Shown piece by piece: positions 38,601-48,374 of a DNA stretch of 64,000 nucleotides. Numbering within the stretch: position 1 is the stretch's first letter; every line of letters begins with the position of its first letter. Below the pieces are notes generated by a model that worked only from the letters and a program-made list of their open reading frames with translations, made no database searches and was not told where the DNA came from. Position numbers and translations under genes: made by a program. Location of the stretch: assembly GCA_965216325.1 (NCBI GenBank), contig OZ244160.1, positions 448,001 through 512,000 on the forward strand. The letters run 5' to 3'. The stretch is from Coraliomargarita sp. GTDB lineage: Bacteria; Verrucomicrobiota; Verrucomicrobiia; Opitutales; Coraliomargaritaceae.

Positions 38601-41101
38601 GACAGGCAAATATTGTAAACTATGTCTGGACCTCCGGAAGTGATAAGCAAGTCTTTGCCAATGGTTACTCCGAAGGAAACAGTGGTAGTGCTGGTGTCGT
38701 CGGCACTATGGCTGGTGGCGGGATGATCGGTGGAGCTGTTGGAAACTATTTCGGTGGCGATATTGCCGAGATGATTATTTTCACCGGAGATGTTGATGCC
38801 GAAACACGCCAACAAATCGAAGGCTATCTTGCATGGAAATGGGGGCTTGAAAGTAACCTTCCAGTGGATCATCCCTACAAGAATGTTGAACTTCGAACCG
38901 AAACCGTCAACGCTGGTAACTCAGCAGACATCAATGCTTTGCCGAAAGCTCTTTGGCTTGACGCTTCTGACGCCTCTACAATTATCGAGAGCGAAGGCTC
39001 AGTTTCACAGTGGAACGATAAGAGTGGGAACGATTTGCATCTGACTCAAGCTACTGGAACCAATCAACCTCTGTCAGGTTCTGAAACGATAGGCGGTATG
39101 AATGGTATCCTGTTTGATGGAGTTGACGATGTCCTCATCTCTTCCAGTAACCCGTTTGGTACTCAAATCAGCGATGCATCTATATTCTTTGCAATGAAGC
39201 CAAAAAGTGTCAGTACAACCGGAGTGCTCTTTTCTCTAAGTGGTGATCCTAACAGCCGTTGGCAGGCTCATATGCCCTGGTCAGACGGAAAGGCGTACTT
39301 CGACTGCGGTGGTGCAAGCGGTACAAGCAGGATCTCCGGCCCTTCCGGACTTTCGGTAAATCAGGAGCTGATTGCCAGCTTTACCTGTGAGAATGCTACC
39401 GGGAAACAGGAGGTACGGACTAACGGTAATGTTTTGATAAGTGATACGACCGGACATATTGTCAGTACTGGCGGAAATATTATGTTGGGTGGGCCAGTCA
39501 ACTTCCAGAACGTTGTTATCGGAGAGTGTATTGTTATTAACGGAACAGTGTCTGATGCCGACCGAACTATAATCGAAGGCTATCTTGCATGGAAATGGGG
39601 GCTTGAAAGTTCTCTTCCAGTGGATCATCCCTACGCCAGTGAACCGCCAGCCAGTGCAGAGCACATGGTAACAGCTGATGTTAGCATGAGTGCAGCAGAT
39701 AGCTACAATGCTTCCACACCGGTCAGCCCCGACCTTGGCGTCAACGATTATTACCTTACCGATATCACCAACCGTACGCCGGTTATTTACGGTGCGCACC
39801 AGGCCGGTCTCACCATCAAAAGCGATGCGACACAAGGCTATGCCGAGCTGGCAGAAGAGATGATTGTGGGGGATCGTACTAAAGCCATGATGATCTGGAA
39901 AAAGGCGGACTTCCTGGCGGAGCGCAGTGTCACGCTTACCCGTTTCAAACTAGACCTATTCGGGCCGGCCGATCTGAGCTATGAAAACCGCTGGGTGGTG
40001 GAGAAGGACGGACAGTTCTACATCAGCGATCAAACCTTTACGACCGGCAATCAGGATGTGGATGCATCCACCCTGACTTGGAGCGAGTACACCCCGCTAA
40101 ACGGTGGCTCCGACACCATAGGGGCATCTGCCACGATATCTCTCCATGACCTGGATTCCATTGGTTTCTATGTCAACGCTGAGCGAACGGCGAACAGCGG
40201 TGACAGCTGGATGCGGACGTCTCTGTACTATTTCGCTGTGGATGGCGACGAAGACCCGGATCTGAGCGCGACCGTCAACTACGTCACCTATGAGGCTGGT
40301 CCGAACGGAACCATTACAGGAACGGCGACCCAAGAAGTCATCTACGATGGTAGTACTACAGCAGTAACAGCTACGCCAGATACCGGCTATGTTTTTGTCA
40401 ACTGGGATGACGGCAGCACCGCCAACCCCCGTTCAGATGCCAACGTAACGAGTAGCCAGACCTATACGGCCAATTTTGCTCCGGTAGCGTCGCCCGAAGT
40501 GGTCTACCAGGCCGGCCCGAACGGGAGTATTACTGGAACCACAACCCAGGTTGTGCCCTATAACGGCAGCACCACCGAAGTGACGGCCGTAGCGGCAGCC
40601 TATTATAGTTTCAGCGGTTGGGATGACGGCAGCACAGCCAACCCCCGTTCCGATACCAATGTGACCAGCGACCAAACCTACACGGCCATCTTTACAGCCG
40701 TTGCAACGGCCGATAATGCAGTGCCACATGCGTGGCTAGCGGCGCAAGACCCGAGCTGGACCAGTGGATTTGAGGTCCTGCAGGCGACCGATCACGATGG
40801 TGATGGCGTCACCACCGGCGACGAGTACTGGGCCGGCACCGATCCCAACGACAAAGACTCCGTGCTAGCGCTCGCCGTTTCGGTTGCGAATGGAGTGCTG
40901 ACACTCGAATGGAGTCAGCACAACCCGGCCGCCGAGCTACCGGACCTACGACTGGAAAGTAGTGTGGATCTTGGCATTGAGTCATGGGGCTTGGTGGAAG
41001 CAATACAGCGTACTGACGGAGTGATGACGTGGACAAAACCAGATCCCCTGTCTGGAGCTGGACCCCGCACCTTCTACCGCCTTGTTGTCCCTCAAAATTA
41101 A
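35642..41101 (+). CDS. Giant modular secreted protein B, tandem paralog of A
   Basis: First ~840 aa nearly identical to A; different LamG-like module set; lacks the PEP-CTERM-type insert; same C-terminus and ~180 bp of 3' flank. Confidence 0.9.
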   Translation: MKRFLLTLLFALATLGLSHADTTKVLIIGSDYDLGDKYGSDSAAFSPTAIASELDEILTKNGPGNATVTVEERYNHYNPTGFVYNGHTFGSRSYNLTGWFHYPLPAGAEEARWANLRGEGGTVWDYVVIIGDPYTIEKTPGMYAQGVAKVAEEVAKGADPAEVILLMNWPASASSSSVAHYKEVVYRTGRSGGYKVAPAALAWEAAGSPSGVSHPNADGAYIAAASIYSRIYNQSASNSGYTYNDTLADTVQTTVAANVGQPQYSGDFNFINPYLMLGDKRRDVHFSENGTSTEEDFKNAAKSAMDRIGVTYNTIDYCPNGSSSSATYNSNTPEDDGLGWPVGNEMPIAWNHGRSYPDGRIKLNPDYWQLGLGFEYQWNTTAYSTEIANDHYIAMMDYYDTNRANDRLADAAIGARWMPTRMLWAQFHKEYPDSNPMRDSNHLNWDQTHAIGTYMYTLYSGRCPLDPEPSPMTSVWMAQKIGYETAWRMGRCQTRAPGFKVMPSAASAKTVTPTSSDTMSVQFIMAPTHDVTVNIASSDVLKGKVSPSQLTFTPENYNVPQTVTVIGETGAAGSFEFDAQFSTTSTDPVYDGLSDTWTYTNNRTQGLSQVLGNDVVIETGDTTPDLTDGTDFGYVDASLTKVFTIFNQSATDTVNLTDSPRVTLSDASGNFTLTQDAASGAIAPLGSTTFSITYDATADLSGGLHTATVSISSSDPLLPTYTFTVQALSPGQPTVINAGSTGGQLSATLEGQLSVGSMADVIIYWGTTDGGTTPENWENAQSFTAVTEGNNFSVELTDLVAGRQYYYRVFASNSKGEAWSESTELFMTEAPVALPSTPVRWGAPAKYWSIEELSPALWLDASDASTITESGGAVSQWADKSGNNRDATQTDGSLKPTYTLSSMNGQDVLTFDGSDDHLNVDLDFLAGVSHSAFIVTNVTDYDNIYGAANGNSGSNSLHVGFSGASNYRMNYWSNDYYPAMSANFHAGQANIVNYVWTSGSDKQVFANGYSEGNSGSAGVVGTMAGGGMIGGAVGNYFGGDIAEMIIFTGDVDAETRQQIEGYLAWKWGLESNLPVDHPYKNVELRTETVNAGNSADINALPKALWLDASDASTIIESEGSVSQWNDKSGNDLHLTQATGTNQPLSGSETIGGMNGILFDGVDDVLISSSNPFGTQISDASIFFAMKPKSVSTTGVLFSLSGDPNSRWQAHMPWSDGKAYFDCGGASGTSRISGPSGLSVNQELIASFTCENATGKQEVRTNGNVLISDTTGHIVSTGGNIMLGGPVNFQNVVIGECIVINGTVSDADRTIIEGYLAWKWGLESSLPVDHPYASEPPASAEHMVTADVSMSAADSYNASTPVSPDLGVNDYYLTDITNRTPVIYGAHQAGLTIKSDATQGYAELAEEMIVGDRTKAMMIWKKADFLAERSVTLTRFKLDLFGPADLSYENRWVVEKDGQFYISDQTFTTGNQDVDASTLTWSEYTPLNGGSDTIGASATISLHDLDSIGFYVNAERTANSGDSWMRTSLYYFAVDGDEDPDLSATVNYVTYEAGPNGTITGTATQEVIYDGSTTAVTATPDTGYVFVNWDDGSTANPRSDANVTSSQTYTANFAPVASPEVVYQAGPNGSITGTTTQVVPYNGSTTEVTAVAAAYYSFSGWDDGSTANPRSDTNVTSDQTYTAIFTAVATADNAVPHAWLAAQDPSWTSGFEVLQATDHDGDGVTTGDEYWAGTDPNDKDSVLALAVSVANGVLTLEWSQHNPAAELPDLRLESSVDLGIESWGLVEAIQRTDGVMTWTKPDPLSGAGPRTFYRLVVPQN

Positions 41102-41320
41102 CCGAGTTATCGAATTTGTCTCGTGCTGCGATTCTTAGGGGGCTTCCCCTCGAACCGTTTAAGATCTTGTTTTTTGTGCATACTGTTGCGTCCTGCGCTG
41201 GTCGACTGTTCGCTGGATCCTAAATTGCTTCGTCCTCATCGCAGACTGTCATTCAGAACACCGCATGCCAAATCGATGAAAACCAAAGCACACATGCTGC
41301 TGATCCAGGATTCTCGTGGG

Positions 41321-41368
41321 ACATGGTCGATTGACCGTATTGACGGATTTGTCTCGGTCTGCTATTAG
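41321..41368 (+). promoter_or_regulatory. Palindrome ACATGGTCGATTGACCGTAT with -35 TTGACG
   Basis: Upstream of PEP-CTERM gene 41441. Confidence 0.65.
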
Positions 41369-41440
41369 AACAATGTTCTCGATCCGATGTAGGCATTTGA
41401 GTGATCGAAGCAGGACAGTATCTCTAACCCCTCAAAACAC

Positions 41441-42244
41441 ATGATGAAATCAAACTATGAAATCAGCCTAACCGCAGCCGCTCTAATGGCGGCTGGTTCT
41501 TTCGCATCTGTACATGCCGCGACTGTTACCTGGGACGGCAGTGAGGCGAATGGTACTTGGAGTGATGGCCTCAACTGGGACTCCGGCACTGTGCCGGCAG
41601 CCAGCGACACGGTTATCATCAATAATGGCGACACTGTAAACGTGGATGTCACCCTTGCAGGAGGGCAGAACATCACCGTCAGCAATGGCTCAACCTTGAA
41701 TAATAATAGCAGCAGCTTCGCGAATGGTGCGACCATCACGTTCGAAAGCGGCGCGACGATCGACTCGGCTGAAGACAAAAACTGGTATCTTGATGGCGGA
41801 GCCAACTTTGTCTTTGAGGATGGTGCGATTGGTGCTGGTGCCTGGCTTAGCATTTATACAAGAAGTGATTTTAATGGGGGCCTCACCTTTAACCTCTCAG
41901 AAACCGGTTTCACCAAGATGGATGCTCGACGTCTTATGGCTTGGACCGACTACACCACCGATATGCCAGGAACGACATTCACAGTCGATATGGCAAGCTA
42001 CACTGGGGGAGTGGGCACCATTGCCTTGATGGATTTTGGCGCGGACACGGGCCTGACAGATGCTCAATTCCAGCTCAGTAATCTTGTCGTGGCGAATGCG
42101 GGTGGCTACACGGCCAACCTCAGCTTTGATGAGGCAAATGATATTATCCAGCTGAACGTTACCGCCATCCCCGAGCCCTCCGTATTCGCACTGCTCTCCG
42201 GTGCGCTGGCATTCGGTTGTGTGATGCTTCGCCGTCGAGCTTAG
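41441..42244 (+). CDS. PEP-CTERM protein, same family as genes 17675 and 21065
   Basis: MKSNYEISLTAAAL, VTWDG..W..NW; tail IPEPSVFALLSGALAFGCVMLRRRA. Confidence 0.92.
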   Translation: MMKSNYEISLTAAALMAAGSFASVHAATVTWDGSEANGTWSDGLNWDSGTVPAASDTVIINNGDTVNVDVTLAGGQNITVSNGSTLNNNSSSFANGATITFESGATIDSAEDKNWYLDGGANFVFEDGAIGAGAWLSIYTRSDFNGGLTFNLSETGFTKMDARRLMAWTDYTTDMPGTTFTVDMASYTGGVGTIALMDFGADTGLTDAQFQLSNLVVANAGGYTANLSFDEANDIIQLNVTAIPEPSVFALLSGALAFGCVMLRRRA

Positions 42245-42389
42245 AGCTTCCAAGTAATTTCGAAAACCCTTCGGCCCTGGCCGGAGGTTTTTTTTGGTGC
42301 GCCCGGCAGGGCGCACCTGCTTGACAGTGATTATTATGAAAATTGATAAAAGTCTGTTACTCACCCGGCAAGGGGAAGAGTTAGCCGAA

Positions 42390-42757
42390 AGGCAACTGCG
42401 GCACGGCGTCCGAGGTGTAAGCACCTGCCACAAGAAGGCCCAAAAGGTCACCGATAAGCTGTAGTCGCGTTGGCGAGAGTTCTTGCCAACCTTCTTCCGC
42501 TCCAGCGCTCCTGAAGGAATCCATGCACCAAACACACTCATTAGCTCTGACAGACTTGACTCCCTATAATCGCGCAACTTTGCTTCCATCTGCGCAAGGG
42601 TCGTCTTTGGTGGACGTCCGCATATTATGTGATTCATCCCGGGGAGAAAACGTTCAAGGTTTCGCATCCAAGAACAATGCATGCCAACGGCCTTTGCGTA
42701 AGTCTTTTAAGCCGAAAATTCGACTCAATTTAAGGCCTTAACTTGGGACATTCGGGT
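42390..42757 (-). mobile_element. IS4-family remnant: left end and transposase N-terminus
   Basis: SRQRDYSLSVTFWAFLWQVLTPRTPCR motif; end sequence gaatgtcccaagttaag on the minus strand. Confidence 0.7.
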
Positions 42758-42953
42758 TAAATCTTAAAAGAGTAGTCAGAAGTTAGTCACAGACCATCAG
42801 CAGTTTACGGCACCAGAGGGGTTCGCCAAGTTGGCGAGTCCTTAACATTCCGTAAGTCTCTTACACAGTACTAACTAGCTGCGCCCTCTACGGCAGACCT
42901 CCGCCTAACTCGCGAATCTAGAATGAGCGAGCGTTTATGATCCCGTGTTCGCC

Positions 42954-43652
42954 TTATTTTGGTTGGGCCTCTGAGGCTATAGGCATGTTCAATTGTGTGA
43001 TTGCTTTGGAGTGTATTTTGGTGCTTCCCTTTTTCTGATAGAGGACGATGATTTCTCTATGTGAAGGAGTCAAACGCCACGACGAAGAAAAGAAAAGGTG
43101 CCACTTCTTCTTATCTATAGAGTGACTCATTTTAACGTTTGAGCTCTTTGCCGTGGGCTCTTCATTTTTGATGATTATTTTGGAGAGTGGGTTTATTTCC
43201 TTGTTCTTACCTCCTATCTCTATGGCTATATTAAATTTAGTGAGGTTTCTTATTAACACTGAGCCCCTTGGGAAGTGGATATCCTCAATATAGTGCCCTG
43301 TGTATTTTCCCTCCTCAGGGTAAAGTAGCACCATTCCACTCGTTGCTGCCACTGGAATTTTAACGCTTCCTATTGGAATGGATTCAGGAGTGATTATGGT
43401 GTCCTTTGGGTATAAATTTAGTGGAGATCCTTCGGTGTAATTTGCTAATACCTCAACGGATAGATGTCTTAAGCTTAATTGTAAGTTGCCTTGATTGCCA
43501 GGGATAACAATTTGTGAACGCTCTTGAATTAAGGAATCACAGGCAAATTTGAGTTTGATTGTTTTCTGTGGGTCTTGTGCATGAGCACAGCATTGGAGAA
43601 AAAGTAGAGACAGGATGATGGTGCTAAATTTTTTCATCGGGTGCTTGTTCAT
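42954..43652 (-). CDS. Secreted hypothetical protein, distant paralog of 43758..44537
   Basis: Signal peptide; shared W..(L/I)F(F)SS.WR..P..RE motif; AT-rich. Confidence 0.75.
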   Translation of the reverse strand: MNKHPMKKFSTIILSLLFLQCCAHAQDPQKTIKLKFACDSLIQERSQIVIPGNQGNLQLSLRHLSVEVLANYTEGSPLNLYPKDTIITPESIPIGSVKIPVAATSGMVLLYPEEGKYTGHYIEDIHFPRGSVLIRNLTKFNIAIEIGGKNKEINPLSKIIIKNEEPTAKSSNVKMSHSIDKKKWHLFFSSSWRLTPSHREIIVLYQKKGSTKIHSKAITQLNMPIASEAQPK

Positions 43653-43757
43653 TAACCTACGGCGTGCGTCTGTATTGCTATACTAAGGGCGTTGCTAATG
43701 ACTTTTGTTCTGTTTTTTAAGGATGAACAAGGTCTGATGCGCCTATGTTCGCATACT

Positions 43758-44537
43758 TTAGTTGGGGGATCTTGGCTGGGCATTGTCCAAAATGGTTCGC
43801 AACTTGAGGCCCTTATTGTGGCTGTTCGGGGAGATTATGCAGAACTCTCTGCGGTGAGGGTGAACGCGCCACTGGGAGGAGAAGATTTTTTCCCATTGAT
43901 TGGAGCTTTCATGTTTTGAGGGTTGGAAAATAGCGATGGCTTGGGAGCTTGGGGGATTCGTGCCTTTGAAGAGGTGAAACTTGCCAGGATTGAGTTTGAT
44001 AGTTTTATTTTCTTTCAAGCGAATCGCGATGATTTGAGGCGTAACATTGAAGACGATCATGCCTCCACGGGGGATTTTCTGTGAGGGAATGGCGATGGCT
44101 TTATAGGGTAGTTTGGAGGAAGATGGGTTGCCCTTGGGGGCATCGGGGTTGGGAATGAGGATGATATGATAGTGGGTAGAGTTTTTGTTAGGAAGAGAGA
44201 GTTTGGCAAGGGGGCGAGGGGGAAGGGCATTGGAATCTTCTTGATTGAGGTTGCTGGTAGTTTTGTCCGTGATTGTTGCATTCGCAGCGACAGTGGCACT
44301 GGTGAGGTAGATTGTATTGTTGGAATCGGGAGATATTTTGACGGGCTTGGAAAAGTAGCGCGTGCTTAGCTGAAGATTCGGCATGGGCTTTCCTTCAACA
44401 TGGAAGCCTACGAGGCCATCGTGGTTTTGAGCCAGTGCAAAGAGGGCAAAGGTGAGGTGGACGGGTGCTTGTTTTGCTTCCTGGCCGGAAAGGGTCGCCG
44501 TGAAAATAAGCAGGATCAAAGCTTGGATAAATTTCAT
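43758..44537 (-). CDS. Secreted hypothetical protein
   Basis: Signal peptide; co-oriented downstream of the PilX-like gene. Confidence 0.78.
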   Translation of the reverse strand: MKFIQALILLIFTATLSGQEAKQAPVHLTFALFALAQNHDGLVGFHVEGKPMPNLQLSTRYFSKPVKISPDSNNTIYLTSATVAANATITDKTTSNLNQEDSNALPPRPLAKLSLPNKNSTHYHIILIPNPDAPKGNPSSSKLPYKAIAIPSQKIPRGGMIVFNVTPQIIAIRLKENKTIKLNPGKFHLFKGTNPPSSQAIAIFQPSKHESSNQWEKIFSSQWRVHPHRREFCIISPNSHNKGLKLRTILDNAQPRSPN

Positions 44538-44577
44538 GGATAAATGGAACTTGGTTTAAGCGTAATGAGAGAGCCGT

Positions 44578-47500
44578 TTAAATTTCATCGGCACTTAACC
44601 AGCGGGAGGAAACAATCTTGAAGCGACGTCCAAAGGTGTTGTTGATATCTGTGAGGTCTGCATTCTCCGTCCCATCATCAAGTTTTCTAGGTATGAGAGG
44701 GCTGTTTTGGGGGTCGACATAGTCAGGGATACGCTGAACGATGGCCTCGCACCAAGCACGGGAAATGATGTTGTCGTTCACGTCCCGGGTATCTCCATAA
44801 GCGCGTATTGTGAAGGTGTCTCCCCGAACGGTGAGCTGGTTGCCGATGGCTTGGAGGAGGTCAGACTGCATCAGGTATCCGGGCATTCCAGCGAAGCGGG
44901 AGCCTTTGGCGGCACGGGAGTTGGGGTAGTCGGCGGGGAGGGATGTGACCATTGCTGCGGCGTCTTTGTAAGCTCCGTTAAGTGAACTGGATGAGCCTGT
45001 GCCATTGTAGTCATTGTCGAATTCATCTGAGTCAATGGCTGCTTGCAGGGTCCCAGAGACGCCCATGGCATCATCTGAGAGCCGATGGTTGATAAAGTCT
45101 GCCATGTTGAGGAAAGGGCCCCGTTTTTTAATTTGGGTGACAATGTCTTCGGCCAGGGTGTCGATGTCACTTTCAGTTAAGAGCCTGAGACCACTCCAGG
45201 TTGTGCTGTTGCCAGGGCTTCCGCTGTCTTGGCTGCTCCCACTGGCAAGACGGAAGCGACTGAGGGCGACATGCTCGCCTTTGGTGTCGATGATTCCCTT
45301 ATCGCCTGTTCTGGAGTCGAGGTAAGGGATTTTCCGGTGTCGCAGTCCCCAGAGAAATGATTTCCACACCTCAACAGAGGTGGTGTTGACATTAAAGGGG
45401 GCTTCCAGCATGAGGTAGCGGGCACTCTTAAGCCATGCGTCAGGGTCGTCAGCGGCGAGTTCATTGACAATTTGGTCACTGCTCTTGCTGATGAAAGGTT
45501 TGAGGTGGTGGTTGAGAAGAGGTTTGAATTTGGCTAAATCAGTGGTGAAGAAATCTTCGGCGACCGTTTTCAAATCACGGATTACTGTGGTTGTTGATGT
45601 TTGGGGGATGAGAGATGAAAAGTAGTAAGAGTCCCATAGTGCTTCGTTGGTAAGGAAAAGCTGGTCCCAATAATCGTCAAAGACATTGATATTGGTTGCG
45701 ACGGTATTGCCATCGGGGTGTCCTCGATCTTCTCCAAGGTTATTCCGGTGATAAACCGAGCTTGGCCCAATCATGGGGTGCGCGTGGCTATTTCCGATAC
45801 CAACACCAACAGATCCTCCTCTGTGCGAGATGTGTTTGTAGTCATAGGTGTTATGTTCGCCACCGTATGCTTCGAAATTTGGTTTGGGAATGTCATCTTG
45901 CAGATGTTGTCGGGTGCGAGCGCGGGCGGAGTCCATTCGCATTGTAGCGAAGGCGGCTAGGCTGGTGGGCGGAGAGGTTGGAAGTTCGAAGAGAGGCACC
46001 TGAGTTTGCCCGGTGGAGGCTCCCCAACCGCCACCAAAGTAGCCATTCCGACCATCCACTTGCACATACTGAGAGACTTCGGTGTCTCCGTTGACGGGGC
46101 GAAAGTGGATTTTGTAGGGAGAATTTGCCCGGCTGAGGGGGGCGGGGTTGAGAAGGACGTTGCAGAGGTTGGCGGGAGAGGCATGGAGGAAGGTTCGATT
46201 GCGGAAATCTTGGGCGTAATCGGGGGTGGTATTTGTATAGCTAAAGGTCTCGGCGCCTTTAGTCATGACGGATACAATGGCAACAGGCTGGGGGAGCTCG
46301 CTACTGAAGTCCCATGCCGCTCTCTCGGCCGCGGAGTTTTTGACCAGCCAGGCACCGCTATCAGCGTTGTCGGGGTCGTGTTCAACCTCAGCAGTCGAGA
46401 ACCAATTGATTGAGACGGAACCAAAGGGGACAGTTCCTAAGTTGGAATTGGTGGTAAGAAGCTCACCGTCGCGATCATAGATTCCTCTGTTTGCACCTGG
46501 ACCGTTCCAGAAGAAAGAGGAGATAGCCTGTGGTTGATTTCCCAGAATACGGTTTTCGGTAAATTGATTGTTGGGATTTGAAAATCTGAGTGAAAATGAA
46601 GGGTTTTCAGTGGGTTCTACTGAATCGAGCACATCAATACGAAGTTGCATTCCGCGGGTAGCCGGAGTGTCTTCAGGTGGTTTGTAGCCAAAGGTCGCAT
46701 TGTAGGCTTGCCCATCCACTTCGTCTTCGGTTGAAAAGGCAATGACCTCCCCGGGTTTAAAAATGATTTCATTGCCCTCGCCAAAAGCTGTTGTGACATA
46801 TCCTTTAAAGAAATCACCAAGATTAAGTCTACGGTTTGTGGCGACGGCGTCAGTTCCTTTATAGACATTGTAGTAAAGGTTGGTGACATTTCCTAGAGAG
46901 CAAGAAAGGCTGAACTTTCCAGGGTCCAGGCGAAGCTCTACATTGTAAGGATTCCAGAGGTGAAAAGTGGGGACCCCAACGATGTAGCAATCATAGCCGT
47001 CAGCCACTTCTTCTGTGCGAGTGCAGATGACCCAGGTTTGTCGTAAGAGTACGGGTTGGCGATAGTATCCATCTGTGTCTAGTGCTAATTTTTTCACATT
47101 ATCAAAGTCATTTGTGTGACCCATGAGGAAGCGCTTGGTGTATGGGGTTGCTGTTTCCCAGTTCAGCCTTTGACCGATGCCTTCGGGTTCATTGCCTGAT
47201 GTGAAATCTGTTCCAAAGGGTCGATAGAGGCGGTAATATTGATGCATTTGACGCCAAGAAACGGGAGCGATGAAAGGATTCTGTGGTTCAATGGAGGCGA
47301 GTTCCCCTATCATCGGGCGGATGGGAGTGTCAAATTCCACACTGTTAAAGACTGTGGAGCTTACCATATTCGTAGGAAGATTTTCTTGTTCAAAAAGAAG
47401 GCTGAGATCTTTTTTCAGACGCCCTGAGCGAACATCAACGAGGAGGCCACGGTTCAATGGCGCAATATGGTGATAGTGTTGCCCCAACTTATCAGGAGTG

Positions 47501-48342
47501 TTCAGTCCAAGTTCGTGGTTTCGAAAAGTGTGGTATTTATCTAGACTGGCTGGATCCAAGTTCATGGATTCTAATCCATCTAAGTGATCCATTCCAGAAT
47601 GATTCGGATAGGCCGCTTGGTTTTGGGCAACCTGGAAATTGTCGTTTGGGGTGGGGGCTTTGCCAATGGCGGCGGTAATGGACTGGGAGTTGTCTTTTAC
47701 CCACCAGGCGTAGCCCCCGGGGATTTTAGTATTGGTTTTGACCAGGGGGACCAGGACTTTGTCGGAGGCAGAGCCGCTTGTTCCAAGAGTTCTTTGAGAA
47801 ACAAGTTCAACAGCTTGACCTGGAAAATCGTTTAAAGCCGAATCTCTTTCATTGACCCACGGGGCATCTGCACTGGAACTTACCAGCCAACGGCGAAAGA
47901 GCTTTTTAGATCTGCCTTGTTCATTATAGGTGTCCTGGATGCTGAGAGTTGATCCATCGGGGAGGGTTTTTGGATCGGTTAGCCAAGTGTCCCAAGCTTC
48001 TGTGACTCCAAGGTAGTTCTTGTGGGTGACTCCATCAATTTCGGGTGTATCCGGGGCAGTGTCCAGTAAGGACGCCGAGAAGGAGATGCGCCCATCGGGG
48101 CCCATTTCTTTCTGCAAATTCCCGATGGCGATCATGAGAGCCATTTTTGCATTGGCTCGAGCAGCCTCGGAGACTGCTCTTTGATTTGCAGCACGAGTCT
48201 CAATGGTGGTGAGACTAACCAGGGTCAGAACAATCAGAATGAGTAGGCTCGACAAGGAGATCGTCACAACCAATGCAAAGCCATGATTTTGAGATAGACC
48301 AAGGTTCCTTCTGCTCGATGGTTTCTTTTTTGAGTGATCCAT
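44578..48342 (-). CDS. Large Verrucomicrobia-type PilX/pilin-like N-terminal protein
   Basis: Prepilin-like GFALVVTI.., ARANAKMALMIAIGNLQKEMGPD; C-terminal PGYLMQSDLL..VRGDTFTIRAYG..WCEAIVQR..GRRFKIVS.RWL...EI. Confidence 0.8.
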   Translation of the reverse strand: MDHSKKKPSSRRNLGLSQNHGFALVVTISLSSLLILIVLTLVSLTTIETRAANQRAVSEAARANAKMALMIAIGNLQKEMGPDGRISFSASLLDTAPDTPEIDGVTHKNYLGVTEAWDTWLTDPKTLPDGSTLSIQDTYNEQGRSKKLFRRWLVSSSADAPWVNERDSALNDFPGQAVELVSQRTLGTSGSASDKVLVPLVKTNTKIPGGYAWWVKDNSQSITAAIGKAPTPNDNFQVAQNQAAYPNHSGMDHLDGLESMNLDPASLDKYHTFRNHELGLNTPDKLGQHYHHIAPLNRGLLVDVRSGRLKKDLSLLFEQENLPTNMVSSTVFNSVEFDTPIRPMIGELASIEPQNPFIAPVSWRQMHQYYRLYRPFGTDFTSGNEPEGIGQRLNWETATPYTKRFLMGHTNDFDNVKKLALDTDGYYRQPVLLRQTWVICTRTEEVADGYDCYIVGVPTFHLWNPYNVELRLDPGKFSLSCSLGNVTNLYYNVYKGTDAVATNRRLNLGDFFKGYVTTAFGEGNEIIFKPGEVIAFSTEDEVDGQAYNATFGYKPPEDTPATRGMQLRIDVLDSVEPTENPSFSLRFSNPNNQFTENRILGNQPQAISSFFWNGPGANRGIYDRDGELLTTNSNLGTVPFGSVSINWFSTAEVEHDPDNADSGAWLVKNSAAERAAWDFSSELPQPVAIVSVMTKGAETFSYTNTTPDYAQDFRNRTFLHASPANLCNVLLNPAPLSRANSPYKIHFRPVNGDTEVSQYVQVDGRNGYFGGGWGASTGQTQVPLFELPTSPPTSLAAFATMRMDSARARTRQHLQDDIPKPNFEAYGGEHNTYDYKHISHRGGSVGVGIGNSHAHPMIGPSSVYHRNNLGEDRGHPDGNTVATNINVFDDYWDQLFLTNEALWDSYYFSSLIPQTSTTTVIRDLKTVAEDFFTTDLAKFKPLLNHHLKPFISKSSDQIVNELAADDPDAWLKSARYLMLEAPFNVNTTSVEVWKSFLWGLRHRKIPYLDSRTGDKGIIDTKGEHVALSRFRLASGSSQDSGSPGNSTTWSGLRLLTESDIDTLAEDIVTQIKKRGPFLNMADFINHRLSDDAMGVSGTLQAAIDSDEFDNDYNGTGSSSSLNGAYKDAAAMVTSLPADYPNSRAAKGSRFAGMPGYLMQSDLLQAIGNQLTVRGDTFTIRAYGDTRDVNDNIISRAWCEAIVQRIPDYVDPQNSPLIPRKLDDGTENADLTDINNTFGRRFKIVSSRWLSADEI

Positions 48343-48374
48343 GCTACCTAAATGAAAATAAATATTATTCTATT

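Noticed and set aside
29264..41101. Diversity-generating retroelement (template/variable repeat pair)
   Set aside because: No reverse transcriptase in the window. Differences between paralogs are block swaps and mostly synonymous changes, with no evident adenine-specific pattern.
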